Shown here piece after piece: positions 1-12,969 of a stretch of DNA of 64,000 bases (position 1 is its first letter; each line of letters opens with the position of its first letter). The translations under genes were made by a program, and so were the position numbers. The notes below the pieces were generated by a model that made no database searches, was not told where the DNA came from, and worked only from the letters and a program-made list of their open reading frames with translations. The stretch lies in NCBI GenBank assembly GCA_964016885.1, contig OZ024762.1, forward strand, positions 18,724,001-18,788,000, given 5' to 3'. This stretch comes from Eledone cirrhosa (taxonomy: Eukaryota).

Positions 1-561
1 GGAGAACTTTTTAAAACGCTAATTTTCTATTTCATGTTGATGAGATTTAAGTTAAATTCGTTTTTTAATAAAAATCTTGATCAGTGCTGACATTAAAAAA
101 TATATATAGGCTACAATATATATATATATATTATTGATATTTTATTTGAGTGACCCGAATCTTCCTGGTCGTTCTTTTTCGGCTGTACGGGTGATTTTAG
201 GCATCATCTCTAAGTGTTGGTAATTTAACGATGGTTATAGCTCTGATTTATCCAAATTATTGAGCCCTCTGCCACACATGTCGGATATTGTTTATCGTTA
301 ATTCGTGAGCTGTTTTTCCGATTCTCGATTATTTTACTATATATATATATATATATAAATGAAAGGATATAGTTGGCCTTATTGACTCATGAAAAAGTAA
401 AATAAAAGGAAGCAAACATTTTCTCTGTTCATGGTAACTTGAACTACAGAGACATCAACTTACATCTATGATCATCATACATGTATATAGTATGTACCCA
501 TATATAAAAATGCAGACAGACAGACAGATATATATATATGTATTATAAATGTATATATATA

Positions 562-610
<49 letters not shown>

Positions 611-648
611 AAGTTAAGTCAAATGTTTAAAATTTAGCTTCGTTTATT

Positions 649-703
649 ACTGCTATATATATTTCAGTGACAGCCATGTTTGGCTGTGACCTCTTCAGGC
701 AGT
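649..703 (-). ncRNA. Type I hammerhead ribozyme of the PLE (left arm)
   Basis: Minus strand: ACTGC-CTGAAGA-GGTCACAGCCA AACA TGGCTGTCACT-GAAA-TATATA-TA-GCAGT. Confidence 0.85.
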
Positions 704-1907
704 CTGAATTAGTGTGGTATAGACAAGTACATATGTTGTTGAGGTGTATAATTGTGTCAATACTCTGATATGCCCAGTTCCTGGTTGGGTTGTTATTTCA
801 CCGAGGAACTGGAATCATATGAATTCAAACAAACGAATTTCAGTGTCAAAGGGCCTCTTCTCCTCTCATTGGTCAGTTGTTAGAACATTCCTCATTCTAA
901 GTGTTGTTATTGTTGGAGTTAGCTTAACATTTTTGATAAAGTGGTAGAAGGGACAAAGTATTAAAGGAACAAAATAACAAAAAAAGTGTCAAACTTCCCA
1001 TTGGTCAGTTCTGAAAGCATTCCTCAGTCAGAAGTCTATAGAATTCTTTCTGGGGTGAATTTCCCTGTAGTGTTTGTGTTTGCTATTGTTAAGTACATTT
1101 GACCTCTACCATTATTTTGGTAGTGTTGTTGGTGTTGTGGTCAGCTTATGTCTTGCTGCTGCTGACAATTTAGAAGTATCCAGTGTGTGTTTTTTCTTCA
1201 TTCCCTCCTGCCACCATCTCTCATAGTGGTGGTGGTGGTGGTGGGGGTTTCTTCCATGTATAGGAAGTAATATAAGGCAATAAATGAAGAAAACAGAAAA
1301 TAAATAATATAATTAGCATAATTTGAAAATAAATAAATAGAGAATAAAGAATAAAGAATAAATGAAAAATTGGTGAAAAAGTAATGAAAATGAATATGGA
1401 GAAGTGAAAAATAAAATGAAGATTCGAATAAAGTAGGATAAAGTGTGTGTGTGCTATAACCAATCTCAAGGTCAGAAATATGTTGGATAGATTGGTATGA
1501 GGAACAAGATGTTAAATAAGATAATCAAACAAAATGTGTTTTTGTTATAATCAATCTCAACTTAAAAATAAATATAAGGTGATACAGTGAAGGGGGCAGA
1601 AAACAAATAACCAATTAATAAAGAGAAATCAAGATTTAAAATTGGAACTTGAAAATCAGAAATCAAGTAAATTAAAATGTGTTTGTGTTATATAGATGTT
1701 GGCCGAATTATAATGGCTGTGTCCGATTCAATCTCTAGGCTATCATGGTGTCTGCTCAGCCTGGGTTGTTCCCTATGGCTTGAGGGGAGTTCACAACTTA
1801 GGGTGTTGTTACTGCCCATATAGCTTGAGGGAGGTCTTGCCGAGAGGTGTTTACATGTTCTGTAGAAGTCCCTATAGCTTAAGGGGAGTTCACATCTTCT
1901 TGTGTTG

Positions 1908-2884
1908 CTACTGTCCATATATCTTGAGGAAGGTCCCGGCTCTAAGGTGTCTGCATGTCCCGAAGAAGTCGGTTCTGAGGTTTATCAAGCCGCTTCCACC
2001 TCTTAGTATCTCGAGGGTCTCGTTCAGGCATAGTTTGCATATGCAAGATCCCCCTTTATCGGGTGGTACTTTCCTGATTATGTACCAGGCCAGAGAGTAC
2101 GGTGTCCTGTCCAGCTTAAGCTTCCAGATCAGGTCGGAGAGAGCCGTGCTTTTCCTTTTGGCCTCCTTATTGAATGAATGGCGATGGTTGTACGAGCGGT
2201 CTTTAAAGCTCGTTGATGTGGCTCCTATGTAGAGGTGTTCGGAGTTGGGGGTTTTAACCCTACAACCGTATACTAGGTTCTTCTTGAGGCATTGATTACC
2301 AAGGGGGCATGATTCGGGGTTTCTGCAGTTGCAGAGGGTGGTCGACCCCTGCGTGCCTAGATTAGGGTTCCCGTGTTGTGTTACATGTTGGTCCTCCCCC
2401 AGGCTCGGTGGGGGGTCCCCGGGTCTGTTTGGGTTTCTTGGGTGGGCTCTGGGTCCCCCCTTCCCTCCTTTCACATGGTTCTGCTGAGTGGTTGTATTGC
2501 CATCTTCTGGTTATGTGTGGTTTTAAAGCCTACTCCTGTTGATGCTAGCTATTTGTTGGGCCAGATTTCTCGTGGTGGAATACGAGAGCTTCACAGTGTG
2601 TCTGTTGAAGATCCTGTGGTATCTGTGGTCCCTCGGGAAGCATTTGTCAAGTGCTCCAAAGAATCATTGGGCCAATGTGTTCTTTAGGGCCGCTGAGTAG
2701 GGTGGGTTGTACCACGTGATTTTTCGGTGTCTCCTCCTATGTGTGTGGGTCCGGGGCGTCGTGATTTGTTGGAGATTTGTTGGGTTGCTGGTGGTTTCCG
2801 CACTGTTGCTTCCTCTTTGGGCGCTATGGTTTTTGTTATCTTCACGGCCCAAATCTGTGGGGTGGTCCCCCTGTATTGTTAGGG
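1908..2884 (-). pseudogene. Inverted copy of the PLE linker + GIY-YIG endonuclease (intact stretch 1908-2474)
   Basis: 188-aa ORF differs from 3758-4324 at one residue (G/E). Upstream frame carries a TGA and the shared TAA. Confidence 0.88.
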
Positions 2885-3312
2885 AACCCTAACAATACAG
2901 GCAGAGCAGAAACAAATAGGCACCATGTGCCCGACACCACCACACGGGCGGTGGTGACTAGTACGCTTAACCACGAGATGAAACACAATATGAGTAACAG
3001 TCTCAGGCGTGACGCTAACCACCCCAGGACAGACGACCCCAACCGCAGGACACGTAGGGGGGGGGGGGGGGAACCACCCCACGATAGATCTCCCAGCGCG
3101 GGGTGGTCGTTGCCCGCGCTGGGAGATCTATCGTGGCGTGGTCCCCCCCCCTACGTGGGGTCGTCTGTCCTGGGGTCGTTAGCGTCACGCCTGAGACTGT
3201 TACTCATATTGTGTTTCATCTCGTGGTTAAGCGTACTACTCACCACCGCCCGTGTGGTGGTGTCGGGCACATGGTGCCTATTTGTTTCTGCTCTGCCTGT
3301 ATTGTTAGGGTT

Positions 3313-4324
3313 CCCTAACAATACAGGGGGACCACCCCACGATAGATCTCCCAGCGCGGGTAACGACCACCCCACAGATTCGGGCCGTGAAGATAACAAA
3401 AAGCATAGAGCCCAAAGAGGAAGCAACAGTGCGGAAACCACCAGCAACCCAACAAATTTCCAACAAATCACGACGCCCCGGACCCACACATATAGGAGGA
3501 GACACCGAAAAATCACATGGTACAACCCACCCTACTCAGCGGCCCTAAAGAACACATTGGCCTAATCATTCTTTGGAGCACTTGACAAATGCTTCCCGAG
3601 GGACCACAGATACCACAGGATCTTCAACAGATACACCGTGAAGCTCTCGTATTCCACCACGAGAAATCTGGCCCAACAAATAGCTAGCATCAACAGGAGT
3701 AGGCTATAAAACCACCCACAACCAGAAGATGGCAATACAAGCACTCAGCAGAACCATGTGAAAGGAGGGAAGGGGGGACCCAGAGCCCACCCAAGAAACC
3801 CAAACAGACCCGGGGACCCCCCACCGAGCCTGGAGGAGGACCAACATGTAACACAACACGGGAACCCTAATCTAGGCACGCAGGGGTCGACCACCCTCTG
3901 CAACTGCAGAAACCCCGAATCATGCCCCCTTGGTAATCAATGCCTCAAGAAGAACCTAGTATACGGTTGTAGGGTTAAAACCCCCAACTCCGAACACCTC
4001 TACATAGGAGCCACATCAACGAGCTTTAAAGACCGCTCGTACAACCATCGCCATTCATTCAATAAGGAGGCCAAAAGGAAAAGCACGGCTCTCTCCGACC
4101 TGATCTGGAAGCTTAAGCTGGACAGGACACCGTACTCTCTGGCCTGGTACATAATCAGGAAAGTACCACCCGATAAAGGGGGATCTTGCATATGCAAACT
4201 ATGCCTGAACGAGACCCTCGAGATACTAAGAGGTGGAAGCGGCTTGATAAACCTCAGAACCGACTTCTTCGGGACATGCAGACACCTTAGAGCCGGGACC
4301 TTCCTCAAGATATATGGACAGTAG
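3313..4324 (+). pseudogene. PLE ORF C-terminal part: post-RT linker + GIY-YIG endonuclease (intact stretch 3758-4324)
   Basis: RKITWYNPPYS...RIFNRYTVKLSYS, CNC-x5-C-x5-C, NLVY...LYIG (GIY-YIG), R..NH, CKLC, INLR, TCRH. In-frame TAA stops at 3563 and 3707. No RT core present. Confidence 0.88.
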
Positions 4325-5505
4325 CAACACAAGAAGATGTGAACTCCCCTCGAGCTATAGGGACTTCTACAGAACTTGTAAACACCTCTCGGCAAGACCT
4401 CCCTCAAGCTATATGGGCAGTAACAACACCCTAGGTTGTGAACTCCCCTCAAGCCATAGGGAACAACCCAGGCTGAGCAGACACCATGATAGCCTAGAGA
4501 TTGAATCGGACACAGCCATTATAATTCGGCCAACATCTATATAACACAAACACATTTTAATTTACTTGATTTCTGATTTTAAATCTTGATTTCTCTTTAT
4601 TAATTGGTTATTTGTTTTCTGCCCCCTTCACTGTATCACCTTATATTTATTTTTAAGTTGAGATTGATTATAACACAAACACATTTTGTTTGATTATCTT
4701 ATTTTAACATCTTGTTCCTCATACCAATCTATCCAACATATTTCTGACCTTGAGATTGGTTATAGCACACACACACTTTATCCTACTTTATTCGAATCTT
4801 CATTTTATTTTTCACTTCTCCATATTCATTTTCATTACTTTTTCACCAATTTTTCATTTATTCTTTATTCTTTATTCTCTATTTATTTATTTTCAAATTA
4901 TGCTAATTATATTATTTATTTTCTGTTTTCTTCATTTATTGCCTTATATTTCTTCATATACATGGAAGAACCCCCCCCCCACCACTATGAGAGATGGTGG
5001 CAGGAGGGATGAAGAAAAAAGACACACTGGATACTTCTAAATTGTCAGCAGCAGCAAGACATAAGCTGACCACAACACCAACAACACTACCAAAATAATG
5101 GTAGAGGTCAAATGTACTTAACAATAGCAAACACAAACACTACAGGGAAATTCACTCCAGAGAGAATTCTATAGACTTCTGACTGAGGAATGCTCTCAGA
5201 ACTGACCAATGGGAAGTTTGACACTTTTTTTGTTATTTTGTTCCTTTAACACCTTGTCCCTTCTACCACTTTATCAATTTTTTAAGCTAACTCCAACAAT
5301 AACAACACTTAGAATGAGGAATGTTCTCACAACTGACCAATGAGAGGAGAAGAGGCCCTTTGACACTGAAATTCGTTTGTTTGAATTCATATGATTCCAG
5401 TTCCTCAGTGAAATAACAACCCAACCAGGAACTGGGCATATCAGAGTATTGAAAAAATTATACACTTCAACAACATATGTACTTGTCTATACCACACTAA
5501 TTCAG

Positions 5506-5562
5506 ACTGCCTGAAGAGGTCACAGCCAAAGATGGCTGTCACTGAAATATATATATAGCAGT
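5506..5562 (+). ncRNA. Type I hammerhead ribozyme of the PLE (right arm)
   Basis: ACTGC-CTGAAGA-GGTCACAGCCA AAGA TGGCTGTCACT-GAAA-TATATATA-TA-GCAGT, then AATAAA. Stem III is a palindromic (TA)n. Confidence 0.85.
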
Positions 5563-6082
5563 AATAAACGAAGCTAAATTTTAAACATTTGACTTTTTAT
5601 TTAACTTTATTTTACATTACTCCGGAGTAACCAAACCAACCTGCGCACTTCGTCGAGTGCTCCAGCCTGCATACTGAGGCTTTGGTATACAACCAACATA
5701 TACTCAATCTCTCTCTCTCTATATATATAAAGAGAATTTCGCTCTACATGGCTGAATACAATAAATGTAATCTGAGCTTTTCGAATATTAATAATAACTT
5801 TCGATTCGTTTGCAATTTTGCAATTTTTTTATTTGAATTTGGCAAAGCCGGCCATTTACCAGTCGTATCCAGGAAACTGACTGGCCAGTCTGCTGATATG
5901 CAAATCTTGTTGTTCAGTGGATCTACTAATATGCAGATCTGACTGATCAGCCAGTCTGCTAATATGCAAATCAGGTCAGTCAGTCACTGTGTATTTTTGA
6001 AAATAGCATATATTTTCACTAGCTCTGACACTTTGGCAGGTGAACAGTGAGCTGTACTGATGAAGGGTGATACCCAGAAACA

Positions 6083-7035
6083 TTAGTGTCTGCAGTTCTG
6101 TTCGCATGCCAATCTTCTGAATTCGTTTTTGAAGAAGGTGATTAGGTGTTGTCCAGAGAGGAAGGTGTTTGCCTTCAGCCCTTTCCATCTAGTCCACCCT
6201 ATCACTTCTTTCGCCATAACCACCAGACAGAGGAAAACTGTCTCTCCTTCGGTATTAAATGAAGGGGGTAGGGTAATCCCCACAATGGACTCGGCTGACA
6301 GCCGGATTCGTCCCACACATGACAGTTGCTGTTCGACATAACTACGCAAGTCGGTCACCCCTGGGGCAATGAACAATGGCGTGCAGAAAGGTTTCAATGT
6401 TCTGCTCTCATCTTGGACAAGTCTTCCATGGCAGAATCTTTGCCAGGGCGTCCGAGCCTGTAGATTTTATCGCGATCTGGTAGAGCTTCTTGGTAGCTCT
6501 GCCAGGCCAGAGATCTCTGGAAGTTATCCATAGACCCTGGACCGAATGTCCTCCGGAATAGACTGGCCAGTTTGACTTCTCCCAGAGAACATGGTCGCAC
6601 TGGTCCTCCACTAGTCCCCTATAGAATGTTGACGTGGAGTTTCCTCTGATCATAGTTTCCGCCTGATATAGGGCTGTGAGCGCTTGAGCGCACTCTAGGT
6701 ACCAGGCGCCCATTTTTGGTCTTCGCTTGAACCAGGACTGCAGCTGTGCAAAAGCTTGTCTCGCGAACGACGACCACACCGGTTCATCGGTCAGGAATAC
6801 CTAGAGATGGTGGAGCCTCAGCGCGTGTTTGCGCATCATCAGCCACGAAATTCCCATCCCAGGGTGTTGGCAGCAGATGGATCTCCTCACCAATGGAGCC
6901 CATACCTTCAATAGAAAACTGGAAGAGCAGCCGCTCCATTTTGGCGAGGTGATTACGGGGACAAGGCACGACAATCCAGCGGTAGTTGGTGACGGATGCT
7001 ATATAAGTGGTCTCCTCCTCCGCTTGTCCTTTTAA
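6083..7035 (-). pseudogene. Decayed L1/Tx1-clade LINE ORF2 3' fragment, related to the element at 14815-20531
   Basis: Broken ORFs align by eye with the ORF2 C-terminus ([68 protein letters not shown]), with frameshifts. Confidence 0.88.
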
Positions 7036-7285
7036 GGAGCGATAGATATGTACTTAAATATAGAAATTACCTCTACGAACGTAATGAGTACTTTTTTTAA
7101 CTGTCATCTCACCATTTACATCGGAATTACACATACACTATATATGTACACGCACGTATTCACACACACACTCGCACGCACGCACGCACGCACGCATATG
7201 TAAAAGGTAAACAAAATAACAATGAAAACGGTACAGTATATCGAAGGGATATATCAGTTTAACGCTTGAAATAGCAGGAAGAGGG

Positions 7286-7321
7286 TCTTGACGTTTCGGA
7301 CGCTAGTCCTTCATCTGAAGA
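7286..7321 (-). ncRNA. Minimal hammerhead-like motif (core CAGATGA, probably decayed)
   Basis: Minus strand: TCTT-CAGATGA-A-GGAC TAGC GTCC-GAAA-CG-TC-AAGA. A related, more decayed copy with a shared flank (GAAGGGATATAT) lies at ~41875-41940. Confidence 0.65.
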
Positions 7322-7558
7322 TAGAAGACAAAGTTAGAAAGATTGAGAGGAGGGGCAGAAATATAAAGGCACTGTTAGGTCACGAAAGGTCATGGGATTT
7401 GCACATAGGTTACCCTCCGAGGCATAAGCACAGACGGGCTGTTTGTGGAATACCAACAGTTACCCATACAGACGAGTCTCCTCTATCCACGCCACTGATG
7501 TTGTCCAAGGAAAAGGCAATGGCCAATACAGCTTGGTACCAGTGACGTCGTAACTCAT

Positions 7559-7788
7559 ACACTATATATACATCATATACACTATGTACAGTATATATAC
7601 ACTATGTACAGTATATATACACTATGTACATTATATATACACTATGTACAGTATATATACACTATGTACATTATATATACACTATGTACATTATATATAC
7701 ACTATGTACAGTATATATACACTATGTACAGTATATATACACTATGTACAGTATATATACACTATGTACAGTATATATACACTATATA
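7559..7788. repeat. 20-bp minisatellite (ACACTATGTACAGTATATAT), ~11 units
   Basis: Exact 20-bp periodicity, flanked by ~62-bp imperfect direct repeats. Confidence 0.92.
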
Positions 7789-8118
7789 TGATGTTGTCCA
7801 AGGGAAAGGCAATGGCTGATACAGCTTGGAACCGGTGACGTTGCAACTCATTTCTATATCATATAGAGTTAAAATATTCAAGAAATAGAGAGATGTCTTC
7901 GTTTTAGATCCTTCTGTCCGGTACCTTGACCAAATATCTTCTACTACAGTCAACATGTGGCGCGCACACACATACTCACACACTCACATACTCACACACT
8001 CACACACTCACACACTCACACACTCTCACACTCATACTCACCCACGCACTCGGGCAATTCTTCATCATTATAGCATACATGATGGTATTTATTTATACAG
8101 AAACCTACAAATATATAT

Positions 8119-8149
<31 letters not shown>

Positions 8150-8428
8150 GTGTGTGTATGCATATGGAAATATGCATATACCTATAAATGGTACAGAAGA
8201 CACGACACTTTAGCAGCGTATAGTGTGTATATATACATATATAGGCATGTATGTATATATATAAACATGATGCAATATTCATTTGGGACGTTGTAAACCT
8301 ATAATTTTAAGTTGGGCAACAATAATATGGAATTAGATGGAATGAAAATAATGCGCAAAGTGAAGTTGCAGTTCAAACAAGGTTGTTTGCTGTGTCATTA
8401 AAGTAGATTTATCTCCAATCTACTATCG

Positions 8429-8657
8429 ATATATATATATATATATATAAATATATATATATAAATATATAAATAAATAATGTGTGTGTACAAATATATA
8501 CACACACACACACACACACACAATCATATGTACATACGTACATATATATACATATATATGTACATGTGTGTTCAAATATACACACACTCTCATATATATA
8601 TATACACATATTTATACATATATGCATGCACACACGTACATATAATACACACACACT

Positions 8658-8689
<32 letters not shown>

Positions 8690-8709
8690 GATATTTATAT
8701 ATATTTATA

Positions 8710-8750
<41 letters not shown>

Positions 8751-8758
8751 TTTTATAC

Positions 8759-8849
<91 letters not shown>

Positions 8850-8910
8850 CACATACATATATATATATATATATATACACATACATACATATATATATAT
8901 ATATTTATAC

Positions 8911-8945
<35 letters not shown>

Positions 8946-8950
8946 TATAC

Positions 8951-8995
<45 letters not shown>

Positions 8996-8996
8996 C

Positions 8997-9037
<41 letters not shown>

Positions 9038-9038
9038 C

Positions 9039-9073
<35 letters not shown>

Positions 9074-9078
9074 TATAC

Positions 9079-9121
<43 letters not shown>

Positions 9122-9157
9122 CACATACATACATATGTGTATATATATATATATATC
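8429..9157. repeat. Compound (TA)n/(CA)n/(TACA) microsatellite
   Basis: Direct inspection. Confidence 0.95.
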
Positions 9158-9760
9158 GAGCGAACAGCTAGAAGGAAGATTTGCTGACTTTAATAACAGA
9201 TCAGTGAAAGCATCTATTTTCGAAATGGCTGATTGGCGAACTGTGGTGATGTATTTCTGTATTTCTCAAGATTGATAATAGGATAGGATGAAATAGGATA
9301 GGATAGGATTGAGGGGGAAGTGTTGGGCAGTTGGGTTGGATGGGGGGAGATGATGGGGGAATAATTTCTCAGAACAAAAGAAAATGTTCGTTCTCGTTCA
9401 CATTCACACAAAGTGAGTTTAGTTTATAACAAGTGATTACGATCAATGATAACACTAACGAACTAACGAGCAATCTTCTTTCAACGGACACTTCAGCTTC
9501 GGCGTCTTGGTTCTGGATTGGTGAAGATTTTAAATATATCGTCTATGTATGTATGAACGTCTGTACATATATGCGTGTGGATGTGTGTATGTATGTATGT
9601 ATGTATGTATGTATGTATATCTATACACACACACACGCGCACACATTTAGATTGTTTACTTAAAGTGCATATATATATTTAGTGTGTGTGCTTACTTATA
9701 GTATATATATATATATACTTTGAGTATATACAGTGAGTGTTTGAGTATATATATATATAT

Positions 9761-9877
9761 CTATCTATCTAAGGCGGGTAAAATTCCCGAGATCCATGGA
9801 CGAGTTCTCTCCAGCGGTCTCTGTCCCTCATTATCGCTGCCATATCCTGCATCTCCAACAGACCAGTGTCTGTCCTT
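9761..9877 (-). mobile_element. RTE-type LINE 3' end, short truncated copy with (GATA)n tail
   Basis: Near-exact reverse complement of ~52877-52993. Confidence 0.85.
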
Positions 9878-10252
9878 ATATATATATAGATAGTTTGATA
9901 GATGCATACATATATGTATACAGATATTTATATATATGAGTGTATACATAAATATACATTTTTATATATATAAATATTTATGTATTTATATTTATATACA
10001 TAACTACACACACACACATACACATATATTTTATTATATATATATATATATATATATAATTTCTGAAGACGGCGTATATATGAGTTAGGTATGTATATTT
10101 AATCTTGATAATTTGTATAATTTTGTATAATTTTGTACATAGATCTGTTAAATATGCATACCAATTATAACACATATATACCCTAGAAACGATCGTTAAA
10201 TAGTGAACTTTTTTTGTTTAATATAAGGAATTGTTTGTTCATTATTTGTTTA

Positions 10253-10294
<42 letters not shown>

Positions 10295-10515
10295 ATATAA
10301 AATAGACCATTTTGGTTCTAGTCAGCTATAATGGGCTATTTCGTCAATATTTCTTAACCATATCATTTTTAGCTACATATCTATCTTTATTATTATATTT
10401 TCATTTCCATAGTGATGGTCCTATCTTTTCTTGATAATACTTGTCACTATGGATTTATTTAATGTCTATATTTCTTGTACGATATAATAGCTTAGAGTTA
10501 CGACCTTTGCCATTC

Positions 10516-10632
10516 TGATTTCAAATCCCGCCGAGGTTCGCTTTGCCTTTCATCCTTACAGGGTCGATAAAATAAAGTACCAGTAATACACTGGGTAATT
10601 TGCTGGTCTTGTGCCAAAAGTAGAAACAATTA
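10516..10632 (+). mobile_element. tRNA-derived SINE family 1, 5'-truncated
   Basis: TTCAAATCCCGCCGAGGT..TTTGCCTTTCATCCTT..GGTCGATAAAATAAAGTACCAG core shared by >10 copies in the window. Confidence 0.85.
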
Positions 10633-10699
10633 TTATTATTATTCAGGGTGGAGAGGGAAGTGCTCTCTTCCCAGCAATTTGTTGAAAGATGTGTATATA

Positions 10700-10892
10700 A
10701 ATCGGTTTCTACTTTAGGCACAAGGCCAGCAATTATCCCAGTGCATTACTGGTACTATATTTTATCGACCCCCGTAAGGATGACAGGCAAAGCTAACCTC
10801 CGCAGGATTTGAAAACAGACCGAAAACAGACCGTAAAGGGCCGTAACTCCATGCTGCAAAGCATGGTGTCCGACTCTCTAACGATACTGCCT
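10700..10892 (-). mobile_element. SINE family 1, near full length
   Basis: Reverse complement of the family consensus, including the A-box-like GGCAGTATCG head. Confidence 0.85.
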
Positions 10893-10908
10893 AATATATG
10901 TATATATA

Positions 10909-11114
10909 TAGTAATAATAATAAATGTGGAGACTAAAATCCGAAGGAGGCTCGATAATATATATATATATATAAAAATATATAATACTGTAGAGCAAATA
11001 TTTATTAAAATAACAGCGATTTTTATTTTATTTTTATTTTTATTTTTTATTTATTTATTTTCTATTTATTTTTTTTATTTATTTATTTTTTTTTGCTTAA
11101 ACTTTAATCTGTTA
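10909..11114. mobile_element. Short TA-embedded repeat family B (putative PLE end)
   Basis: TAGTAATAATAATAAATGTGGAGACTAAAATCC.. shared with 27520-27621, 40099-40345 and 51732-51944. Confidence 0.6.
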
Positions 11115-11129
11115 TATATATATATATAT

Positions 11130-11260
11130 AACGAAGGAATTGTGGTAAGGAACCAGGTGGACCGTAACGCACCAAAGTACTCAATACTTAGGGTAGTAGA
11201 GTGGGTAATTAGCCGTCGAAACGGCTTGAGCTCACCCGTCGGGGTCCTACTCGTTCCTAT
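11130..11260 (-). mobile_element. Short TA-embedded inverted unit, family A (putative PLE end)
   Basis: AACGAAGGAA..GGAACCAGGTGGACC tail plus inverted GTCGAAACGGCTTGAGCTC..GTTCCTAT, within (TA)n. Confidence 0.75.
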
Positions 11261-12352
11261 ATATATATATATATATATATATATACTAGCTGCAGTACCC
11301 AGTAATACCAGAGAAAGGTGGGGTTATTCACAGTTCCTAGAGTGCGCCTCAAAATGCTAGCGACCCTGGGTGCCCGTCCTCTGTTTATGGCAGATCAATT
11401 TTTTGTGTGGAACTATCAATAGCTATTTAAGTCATATGTTCTCTTCCATCCAGCTTTCTTCATTCAGAGTGAATAAGGAAGTTTGAGCTCGAAGAGTATC
11501 GAACTTATTCAACAAACTTATGTATAAGAATAGCAAACTTACTGCCTTGGCGTTCAAGAACAAACACAGAACATTTGAGGAAGTCATCGCAATTATTGAA
11601 GAAATTATCACCGAGTGAACATATTCAGGTACTGTTCAAGCGCCCTGTATATCACCATTTGTAAAGCCCTTCGAATGACTGAAACAATTCAATAAAACCA
11701 TCCTGTTCTCCCCCATAGTAGACATAACCAGAGAAAACACACCATAAGTCGGATAAACAATCAGTGTTGGCCCTAAAGAGGGCCTTGTAACGTTCACTGT
11801 TACAAAGTGTCAATAATGGGGGAGAAGTTACATCTTCTTAATTCGTGTTAATCTCCCCACGATCCGACACCTTGAAATATCTTGAAATATCGACAAAATA
11901 AACTCTACTCTCAAAGGTGGCATGTTACAATTAACATGCCGGGAGTACGAATATTCGTCAACATACGATTTGGGATTTATTGTTCGGACTAATCTCATGG
12001 TAAGCCAACTTCCAGGTCATTGATCATCGAACTTTTTTGTAACTAAGCACCGATTCTTGCAGTTGACCTTAATGTGACCTAAACGTGTGCACATGTTCAG
12101 AATCCATATCAGTGCATGTGATACATATATATATATATATATATAGTATATATATAATATATATAGAGGGAGAAACATGTTCAGTCGCTTTGGTTTGAAA
12201 TTTCATTATGTATGTGACTAATAAGTTGTTGCCTCGTTTTGGAAGACTTAGTTGAGGGAGGGTTTAACATACAGTAGTAGTTTCTCCTCTGCCCTCTCTC
12301 TCACCGGAACGTCTTCTCTTTCCTCCTCCATTGTAAAGATTCTCCGCAGGGG

Positions 12353-12770
12353 TTTCATTATTGCCAGTCCTGTTTCTGAATAGTAGCTTAACATGTGTGT
12401 AAAGTTTCATCAGGATCGGATCGGATCAGATCAGTGGTTTAGATACCAACTGGTTATACACAGAAATTGCAAATATATAGTAGATATATTCATTCTAACT
12501 GGAAACACTTCCTGCGGTGCCCAGCTTTTTGTCGACCTATTTGATGAGACGATGTAAAATATTTCATTATTGCCAGTCCTGTTTCTGAATAGTAGCTTAA
12601 CATGTGTGTAAAGTTTCATCAGGATCGGATCGGATCAGATCAGTGGTTTAGATACCAACTGGTTATACACAGAAATTGCAAATATATAGTAGATATATTC
12701 ATTCTAACTGGAAACACTTCCTGCGGTGCCCAGCTTTTTGTCGACCTATTTGATGAGACGATGTAAAATA
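12353..12770. repeat. 209-bp tandem duplication
   Basis: 12353-12561 matches 12562-12770 with no difference seen by eye. Confidence 0.92.
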
Positions 12771-12969
12771 TAAATAGGTAATGAAAGTATGGAAGGATGG
12801 GCGTGTGGAAGCATGGAAGGAGAACGTGTTTTCTAGAACATCTCTTTATTCACGTAACAATACTTGATGCTGAAATTCTATGGAACATCTTTCATGTTCA
12901 TATAAACATTATTTTTTCATCCCTCTCAACATCTTTTTATATTACAAGACATTCTACTCGATATTAAAA

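Larger units (their letters stand above)
605..5705. mobile_element. Penelope-like retroelement (PLE), 5'-truncated, arranged as a ~2.5 kb-arm inverted repeat with a 3' tail on the right arm
   Basis: 605-~3100 is the reverse complement of ~3112-5615. Both arms encode the same GIY-YIG protein and end in a hammerhead motif followed by AATAAA. The right arm has ~85 extra nt (5616-5705). The left end abuts (TA)n. Confidence 0.92.

Noticed and set aside
9160-9535. Host promoter or first exon (ATTGG boxes, GTGAGT donor)
   Set aside because: The motifs are short and expected by chance; transcript data would be needed.
11285-12350. Helitron/Helentron-like element starting TACTAGCTG..TACCC
   Set aside because: No Rep/helicase motifs or clear terminal hairpin could be confirmed.
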